Shown here: piece after piece, positions 57,606 to 64,000 of the stretch
Position numbering within the stretch: the first letter of the stretch is position 1
Layout of the letters: each line of letters starts with the position of its first letter
Source of the DNA: Clostridia bacterium
GTDB taxonomy: Bacteria; Bacillota; Clostridia; Christensenellales; CAG-138
Direction: 5' to 3'
DNA length: 64,000 nt
NCBI GenBank assembly: GCA_036651815.1
Contig: JAVVXB010000009.1
Span: 22,117 to 86,116, forward strand
Position numbers and translations under genes: made by a program
Notes under the pieces: generated by a model
The model's input: only the letters and a program-made list of their open reading frames with translations
Told to the model about the DNA's origin: nothing
Database searches by the model: none

Positions 57606-58013
57606 TATTTGCCCGAGCCCTTGATTGCTTTGTTGATCGCTTAACGGTTGTTTGTTGCGATTGACATGCAGTACATTGCCACTGCGCCATCATAAAATGA
57701 GTTGATCGGCTGACATTTATTCTATATTGATTGTATCCAAAGGAAACGATGTCCGCAAGGTTATCTGATCAGCGCAAGATCTCTATTGTCCCTTCAACAT
57801 ATTTTCATTTTTTACCATGGCTATAACCTGCGCGCATCTGTTCAAATTGGAGCAATGGACGTGCCGTTCAGATTCATGACGCGCGCTTCCCAGTTTACGC
57901 ATGAAAAGAAACCGTCCAATAGATTGGTCGCCTAGCGCACCTTTTGAAACGGTGGTAGACATCAAGCAAGTTCTGCAGCAGCAACTACCATAGCCAATTG
58001 TTTTTTCAAAATA

Positions 58014-58036
58014 AACGGCAGGGCTCACCTGCCGTT
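58014..58036 (-). terminator. Terminator after divIB
   Basis: AACGGCAGG / CCTGCCGTT stem followed by TATTTT on the minus strand. Confidence 0.6.
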
Positions 58037-58047
58037 CACCAGATCGA

Positions 58048-60360
58048 TCAACCGGAGAAATCATCCGAAGCCCCGCCCGGTACGCGCGGTGTAGACGTAG
58101 GTATAGGCGTAGGCGTTGTGCCTGGCTGCGGCGTTCCGATGGGTTCACCTGTCAAATCATCAAATCCGTCTTTATTATCATCAATGGCGTTCGGATTCAC
58201 TGGGATCGTCGGATTGTCTGTATCTACGGTTCCCGGCACAACAGATGTCTCTGCGGACGGCGGGGAATACACCGTTCCGCCCTTTGCGGAGAGATAGAGC
58301 GTACCAACGTTGATGTCCTGTTTGAGAAACTGGGGCAGCAGCTTTTTGAGCGAAGCCATCTTGGCATCCAGATCCGTCGACTGACCTAGATGAACTTTCA
58401 TCCCGTTTTTAGCCGTCATGGTAATGGCCAGCGGGGTGGTTAAATCGATCGCCTTTACCTCGTCCATCAGTTCATACTGCTCTAACTTATCGATGATCTG
58501 AATCAGCGTAGCTGTTGAAAAATCGTTTCCTTCACCCAGCCGCTGTCCAAGTTGAAATCCCGTCATGCTTATGCCCGTAACCTGCATCAGATTACTCAGA
58601 TCGGTGCCGCCACTCATGGAAAGCACGTAACCATTTTTATCAATGATGACGTTGTAATCCAGCCCGATGATTCCTGCAACCTCTTTGCGTTCCGTCACAA
58701 TGATGCGAATACGGCTTGGAAAAATATAGTTGATCTGCTCAACCTGAATATAGGGGTCTTCGCTGATATTCTCTTTAGCTTCGTCCAAATTGCACAGCAG
58801 CATATGCCGTCCAAGCTTCAGTCCGGATTGTTTGATTATGTAGCCGCTCTCATAGGTTTCGTTGCCCATGACCACGATATCCGAAAGCAGGAATCCATAG
58901 TATAGTGCTACAAGCATTGCAACGATAAAAAACAGCACGAAGGCTACATTACCAAAGAGCTTTTTGAGTGTTGCCTGGCGTTTTTTATGTTTATTCTTTT
59001 TCTCCACATAGGCTTCATGCTTTTCATGGGCTGCACGGGCGCGTGCCTTGCGCTCCGCATTCTCGATGCGGAGTGTCTCTTCCGTCTCATTGAGGTGGAT
59101 ACGGGTCGTAGAATCCGTGCCTGTACGAAAAATTCGGGTGCGGGTCGTGTCCCCATTGCGGCGCGCGGTGGTATCCGCATCGTCGTCATCGAACAAGCGA
59201 AAATTTTCTTCATAACCCTCGAAATCGTTCGGGATCTCCTTCGTAGGCTGTTCCGCCGCCACGTCCGCCCAGGTGCGTTCCTTCGTTTCACCATGGTTCG
59301 TCAGTTGTTTGGCAAAAGGGCTGACGTTATCCGTTTTTTCGGTTCCAGCCGTGTGCGCCTCCGTAGGCATCCTATGCTCTGCCTCGGAATATTCATACGG
59401 GTTTGCGTTGGGCAATGCCGTATTTCTGCGGCGCTTTGGCCGATAATCCTCCGGCGATGCGTATTCTGCCGCTGGCTGCACCGGCTGGCGCAAATCTGGT
59501 CCCTGCGCAACAGCGGCTCGAGGCTCCTCTATCGAACGCTCATACGGATTTCCATTTGCACTGCCCACATTCCTGCGATGTTTCGGTAAATAATCCTCCG
59601 GCGATGCGTATTCTGTCGCTGGCTGCACCGGCTGGCGTAATTCTGGTTCCTGCGCAACAGCGGCTCGAGGCTCCTCTATCGAACGCTCATACGGATTTCC
59701 ATTTGCACTGCCCACATTTCTGCGATGTTTCGGTAAATAATCCTCCGGCGATGCGTATTCAATATCCGTTTCGACATCGTTCGTTTGATGCGATAGGCCG
59801 GCGGAACGTTCATCGTCCGCAATATGTGCTCTTGCAGTGTCTTCTCGGCTACGTTCGAATTCAGACGATTCAGCATCGCTAGAATTTCCATGTGCGCTAG
59901 AAGCATCCCGCGGAGCATCGTAAGCACCTCTGCGTCGATATTTTGGAATAAACTCCTCTGGAGATGCGTACCGCGACGGCGATACGGAAGACCTTTCGGA
60001 ATCACCAGTCATTCGCTCACGCGTGGTATTCTGATGGGGGCGACCCAGGTTGTCCGCATCAGGAATGCTGTTTAAAACTGGTTCGCCATCACTCCAGATG
60101 AGTGAAGCAACAGCAGCCCGATCTTCTTGCTCGGAAAACTCCAGTTCTTCATCCGTAAATCCACGCGCCGGTGTGGCGGGCTGCGGCGGTTCCCCGTATT
60201 GGCGACCATCAAAATCATCATCAACGTCAAAATCACACAGTCCATCTTGATCTTCAGGCACAGGCTCAAAGAAATGCGACCAAAAACTTTTTTTCTCCTT
60301 TGGTTTCTTGCTACTATGTACGGACAAATTATCCGTTTTTAGGCCAAAGAGTTTTTTCAT
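58048..60360 (-). CDS. divIB: FtsQ/DivIB-like protein with very long disordered N-terminus
   Basis: Basic stretch plus single TM, POTRA 'IVVMGN...PYIQVEQINYIFPSRIRIIVTER', beta domain 'IIDKNGYVL'; downstream of ftsW-murA. Confidence 0.82.
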   Translation of the reverse strand: MKKLFGLKTDNLSVHSSKKPKEKKSFWSHFFEPVPEDQDGLCDFDVDDDFDGRQYGEPPQPATPARGFTDEELEFSEQEDRAAVASLIWSDGEPVLNSIPDADNLGRPHQNTTRERMTGDSERSSVSPSRYASPEEFIPKYRRRGAYDAPRDASSAHGNSSDAESSEFERSREDTARAHIADDERSAGLSHQTNDVETDIEYASPEDYLPKHRRNVGSANGNPYERSIEEPRAAVAQEPELRQPVQPATEYASPEDYLPKHRRNVGSANGNPYERSIEEPRAAVAQGPDLRQPVQPAAEYASPEDYRPKRRRNTALPNANPYEYSEAEHRMPTEAHTAGTEKTDNVSPFAKQLTNHGETKERTWADVAAEQPTKEIPNDFEGYEENFRLFDDDDADTTARRNGDTTRTRIFRTGTDSTTRIHLNETEETLRIENAERKARARAAHEKHEAYVEKKNKHKKRQATLKKLFGNVAFVLFFIVAMLVALYYGFLLSDIVVMGNETYESGYIIKQSGLKLGRHMLLCNLDEAKENISEDPYIQVEQINYIFPSRIRIIVTERKEVAGIIGLDYNVIIDKNGYVLSMSGGTDLSNLMQVTGISMTGFQLGQRLGEGNDFSTATLIQIIDKLEQYELMDEVKAIDLTTPLAITMTAKNGMKVHLGQSTDLDAKMASLKKLLPQFLKQDINVGTLYLSAKGGTVYSPPSAETSVVPGTVDTDNPTIPVNPNAIDDNKDGFDDLTGEPIGTPQPGTTPTPIPTSTPRVPGGASDDFSG
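59390..59760 (-). repeat. 147-bp (49-aa) in-frame tandem repeats inside divIB
   Basis: TAATCCTCCGGCGATGCGTATTC recurs at 59444, 59591 and 59738; two near-identical full units plus a partial third. Confidence 0.95.
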
Positions 60361-60376
60361 ACGTTGTTAGCCATTG

Positions 60377-61630
60377 TCATTCCTCTCTTTTGATCTGTGC
60401 GCCTAAGTTGATCAACATCTCGTCTAAGCGCTCATATCCTCGGTCAATGTGGCCGCTATCTTCCACAACGGTCTGCCCTTGCGCACGTAACCCCGCCAAT
60501 ACCAGCGCAGCGCCGCCGCGCAGATCGTGGGCGGTTACATGTGCGCCCATCAGGGTCTCGACGCCACGAATGACCGCCGTACAACCTTTTACAGTGCTGA
60601 CGGCCCCCATACGGTTCAGCTCCTGCGCATGCTTAAATCGATTTTCAAACACGTTTTCAACAATCATGCTGGTGCCATCCGCCACTGTACAAAGTGCAAA
60701 TATCTGTGCCTGCATATCAGTCGGAAACCCCGGATGTGGCAGTGTTTCCACCAATTTAAGTTCGCGTGGCCGCTTTGGCGCAACCAACGCAATGCTGTGC
60801 TCCGAACGCGTAATACTGCAGCCGCTTTCGGAAAGCTTTGCAAGCATACCGGCCATATGTTCGGCAACGACATTTTCCACCGTAAGCGAGCCGCCCGTAA
60901 TCGCTCCCGCAACTAGTAACGTGCCTGCCACAATCCGATCGGGCATTACTGTGAACTCCGCTACTCTCGGTACACAGCCGCCATCTACGACAACGGTGGA
61001 TGAGCCTGCGCCACGCACACAATAGCCAACCGCTCGCAAAAAGTTTTGCAAATCGATGATCTCCGGTTCCCGCGCAGCATTGCGAATGACCGTACTTCCT
61101 TCCGCCGATACAGCCGCCATCATGATGTTTTCGGTGGCACCCACGCTTGGGTAGTCTAGATGTATATCCGCGCCCACCAAACGTTCCCCATTGCAATAGA
61201 TGCGGCCGCCCTCCTCGCGGATCTCAACGCCCAACTGCCGCAGGCCTTTTAGATGCAGATCAATGGGGCGATTCCCAATCTCACAGCCGCCCGGATAGGT
61301 CACGACTGCGCGGCGAAATCTGCCCAGAACCGGTCCCAATAAAAAAATCGAGCTACGTAGTTCCTTGCTGAGCGGCTCCGGCATCTCAAAGCAGTTGGCG
61401 CCCGAAGCATCAATCGCCAGCATCGTCCCGTTCCGCTGTACCTTGCAGCCGAGCGTGACGAGAATGCGTACCATATTCTCCACATCCGTCAAACACGGAC
61501 AATCCAATAGTCGAACAGGTTGGCCGGTTAATACGCATGCTGCCAAAATCGGCAAAACTGCGTTTTTTGCTCCGCCCACCCGGCAGCAGCCGGAAAGCGG
61601 AGTTCCACCCGTGACGATCAATTTCGCCAT
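60377..61630 (-). CDS. murA: UDP-N-acetylglucosamine 1-carboxyvinyltransferase
   Basis: GAKNAVLP, PGGCEIGNRPIDLH (catalytic Cys), SVGATEN, PGFPTDMQ, DLRGGAAL, HIDRGY; GGAGGTG RBS. Confidence 0.96.
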   Translation of the reverse strand: MAKLIVTGGTPLSGCCRVGGAKNAVLPILAACVLTGQPVRLLDCPCLTDVENMVRILVTLGCKVQRNGTMLAIDASGANCFEMPEPLSKELRSSIFLLGPVLGRFRRAVVTYPGGCEIGNRPIDLHLKGLRQLGVEIREEGGRIYCNGERLVGADIHLDYPSVGATENIMMAAVSAEGSTVIRNAAREPEIIDLQNFLRAVGYCVRGAGSSTVVVDGGCVPRVAEFTVMPDRIVAGTLLVAGAITGGSLTVENVVAEHMAGMLAKLSESGCSITRSEHSIALVAPKRPRELKLVETLPHPGFPTDMQAQIFALCTVADGTSMIVENVFENRFKHAQELNRMGAVSTVKGCTAVIRGVETLMGAHVTAHDLRGGAALVLAGLRAQGQTVVEDSGHIDRGYERLDEMLINLGAQIKREE

Positions 61631-61654
61631 GGAACACCTCCCACGCATAATAGC

Positions 61655-61681
61655 ATTGTATGCTAAGGAAGGTAGGAATGT
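61655..61681 (-). promoter_or_regulatory. Candidate sigmaE/sigmaK promoter for murA-divIB
   Basis: Minus strand ACA-N16-CATACAAT. Confidence 0.4.
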
Positions 61682-61792
61682 TCCAAATCCATCCATTTCT
61701 GCCGAATCTGCAATCTGCCCATAATGCAGCCCAAGCCAGAAAGCAAGCTTGTGATAACGCAATCCGACGTTGTTTCCGCACACCTTAAAAAG

Positions 61793-62920
61793 TTACACGT
61801 TGGTGGACCGCGAAATATTCAGCAGTACGCCCATTGCGGCAAGGAAGATCATCATTGACGAGCCGCCCGCGCTAATAAACGGAAGCGCCTGGCCAGTTGT
61901 GGGTAAAAGTCCAGTGCAAACGCCAATGTTCACAAACACCTGCAAGCCAAAAACCACCGTGATACCACCAGCCAGCAAACTTCCAAACCGATCACGGCAG
62001 CGCAGCGCAATGCGAATGCCACGGTACACAATGAAACCATACGCAGCAAGTACCAACAATCCGCCCACAAGTCCCAGCTCTTCGCAAACAATTGCATAGA
62101 TAAAATCGGATTCTCCATAGGTCATATACAACAGCTTTTGCTTGCTGTTGTTGAGTCCCACGCCGAACAGGCCACCTGAACCCAGTGCATAATAGGACTG
62201 AATGAGCTGATAACCATCCCCAAGCGCGTCTGCCCAAGGGTTTGTAAAGGACGTCAAACGAGCGAGACGATAAGGTTCTATGATCGCGAGTAACGCAAAC
62301 ATGAGTACCAGCATGACAAACAGCAGTAGCATCTGCTTCGTATCGCAGCCGCCGATAAACAGCAGCGCATATCCCATCAGCCCCATAATAACGGCCATGG
62401 ACATGTTCGGTTGCAGCATGACAAGGCCGCAGATGACCCCGATGACCATCAGCATCGGCAGCATACCCTTACTGAAGTTCTGCATGATGGCATGTTTTCG
62501 ACTCATAAACGAGCACATGTAGAGCATCATGCCAAATTTGGCAATTTCGGACGGCTGAATACTCTGGCCGCCGATGACAATCCAACGCTTTGCGCCGTTT
62601 GTTTCCTGGCCAAATATCAACACCGCCACAAGCAGAACGATAGAAACCAGAATCGCAACGACCTTGAATTTTTCGATCCGTCGATAATCAAACAGTGACA
62701 GAATCAGCATAATCGGAAAACCGATCAGCAGATAAACCGCCTGTTTTCGGATATAATAGTATCCATCATAGCCCACAGCGGCGGTATTTTGCGCGTAATA
62801 ATAGCTTGCTGAAAAAACCATCACGAGGCCAAAAGCGCATAGCAATGCCACAGTCATCAGAATCGGATAATCGAGATGACCCATCTTTTTTCGTTGCTTT
62901 TTTTGCGCACGTGTTTCCAT
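61793..62920 (-). CDS. ftsW: SEDS peptidoglycan polymerase FtsW/SpoVE
   Basis: 'GLVMVFSAS', NGAKRWI, QPSEIAK, GYQLIQS, SDFIYA..EELG, LPFISAGGSS. Confidence 0.93.
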   Translation of the reverse strand: METRAQKKQRKKMGHLDYPILMTVALLCAFGLVMVFSASYYYAQNTAAVGYDGYYYIRKQAVYLLIGFPIMLILSLFDYRRIEKFKVVAILVSIVLLVAVLIFGQETNGAKRWIVIGGQSIQPSEIAKFGMMLYMCSFMSRKHAIMQNFSKGMLPMLMVIGVICGLVMLQPNMSMAVIMGLMGYALLFIGGCDTKQMLLLFVMLVLMFALLAIIEPYRLARLTSFTNPWADALGDGYQLIQSYYALGSGGLFGVGLNNSKQKLLYMTYGESDFIYAIVCEELGLVGGLLVLAAYGFIVYRGIRIALRCRDRFGSLLAGGITVVFGLQVFVNIGVCTGLLPTTGQALPFISAGGSSMMIFLAAMGVLLNISRSTNV

Positions 62921-63146
62921 TTGCGCTCCGTTTCTTCAGGAAAATCACCTGGTTTAGGCTTTGTGTATTATACATAAATATATATGCTCTGACAAGCAAA
63001 GTGAGCCTTGCAAGCGGATTGTTTTCAGAATCTTCTCATAAATATTACGAATATGACATTTCCTTTTCAGCTACACGGGGGCTTTTTCTTCTTTCGTCGT
63101 TGCGATGGTATTCCCTTATATGCGTAAAAGTCAAATGACAAATCAT

Positions 63147-63177
63147 GTATATTGTATCGACCCTGTCGGCCATACTA
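63147..63177 (+). promoter_or_regulatory. Candidate sigmaF/sigmaG forespore promoter
   Basis: GTATA-N16-GGCCATACTA resembles the consensus GyATA-N15-GGnnAnAhTA. Confidence 0.5.
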
Positions 63178-63196
63178 GCAATCGAGGTGATTTTTC

Positions 63197-63916
63197 ATGA
63201 TCGAAGAGAATCGAAATTTTGAATCTAAACCCCGGGATTTTCTCAAAAAGCAAGGTTTCTATGTGGTGCTGTTCATCTGTTTGCTCATTGTTGGCACTGC
63301 CATTGTACTCACAGCGCTCCCGCGTGAAAGCGCACAAGCTCCAAACGCGCAGCAGACCGCTCAGCAGCCCGTCGTCGTTGAGACCCGCAAATCCGACGAC
63401 GAAACACTTAAGGCAAAAAATAGCCCTTTACCAACCGCAACGCCGTTTGCAACCCCTTTGCCCACCGCGACACCTAAGCCCGCCTCTTCTACAAAGAGCA
63501 TCAAAAAAGGCGCTGCGCCCGTAAAAGGGGAGATCATCTGGGCCTATGCTTCCGATCAGCTATTGTATTCACGCACGTTGAATCAGTGGACAACCCACGC
63601 AGGGCTGGATCTTGCCGCTGAAGTTGGTTCCGATGTAACGGCCAGTCTTGCCGGCACCATAGAGAAAATCTATGAGGACGACGCTCTGGGTCAGGTTGTT
63701 ACTATTGCCCATACCAACGGACGCACCAGTTTATATGCAAACCTTGAACCTACGGTTTCCGTGAAGCAAGGGCAAAAGGTCAACGCAGGTGATGTAATCG
63801 GCAAAATTGGTACCTCCTCCATTTCGGAGTGTGCCGACCTACCCCACCTACACTTTGGATTTCTAGTGGATGGCAAGACCGTCAATCCAACGGACTATGT
63901 GACCATTCCCCATTGA
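63197..63916 (+). CDS. spoIIQ: M23/LytM metallopeptidase with N-terminal TM anchor, SpoIIQ-like
   Basis: 'GFYVVLFICL' anchor, Pro/Thr linker, 'YSRTLNQWTTHAGLD' (HxxxD), PHLHF; sigmaF-like promoter. Confidence 0.75.
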   Translation: MIEENRNFESKPRDFLKKQGFYVVLFICLLIVGTAIVLTALPRESAQAPNAQQTAQQPVVVETRKSDDETLKAKNSPLPTATPFATPLPTATPKPASSTKSIKKGAAPVKGEIIWAYASDQLLYSRTLNQWTTHAGLDLAAEVGSDVTASLAGTIEKIYEDDALGQVVTIAHTNGRTSLYANLEPTVSVKQGQKVNAGDVIGKIGTSSISECADLPHLHFGFLVDGKTVNPTDYVTIPH

Positions 63917-64000
63917 TCATTCGCATCCCCGCAGCCAAGAAGTGTCTGCCCCGCCGAAGGCAATCCGAGTGGCTTCTCCATTAGCACGCCGCACATTGCA

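Noticed and set aside
59390-59760. Possible CRISPR array
   Set aside because: The intervening sequences are near-identical and in frame inside divIB; no unique spacers and no cas genes.

Overview
A 64 kb chromosomal segment from an anaerobic, probably spore-forming Clostridia-class bacterium (housekeeping genes mfd, pth, metG with a Met T-box, tatD, mutY, pepT, murA, ftsW/spoVE, divIB, a spoIIQ-like M23 gene, tRNA-Trp). It is dominated by transport and peptide/amino-acid metabolism: the end of a sugar ABC locus, a DUF5058 membrane pair with an M20 peptidase, an ECF Ni/Co transporter, a membrane pyrophosphatase, an orphan Na+-decarboxylase beta subunit module, a uracil permease, an opp operon, and a buk-iorAB-aminotransferase operon. 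A thioester-domain adhesin with its own sortase is also present. I see no intact mobile element, prophage, CRISPR array or defence system; the intergenic regions hold decayed IS3/IS5 remnants, a DUF975 pseudogene and a dispersed MITE-like repeat family. Most unusual: (1) an apparently circularly permuted OppA, (2) an oadB + 46-aa subunit + GltS module with no alpha subunit, divergent from a stripped-down KdpD/KdpE-like pair with a candidate operator, (3) a membrane PPase lacking the conserved gate lysine, (4) a DivIB with a ~470-aa disordered repeat-bearing N-terminus, (5) an mfd that seems to need a non-canonical start codon. All family assignments come from motif recognition by eye, not database searches.
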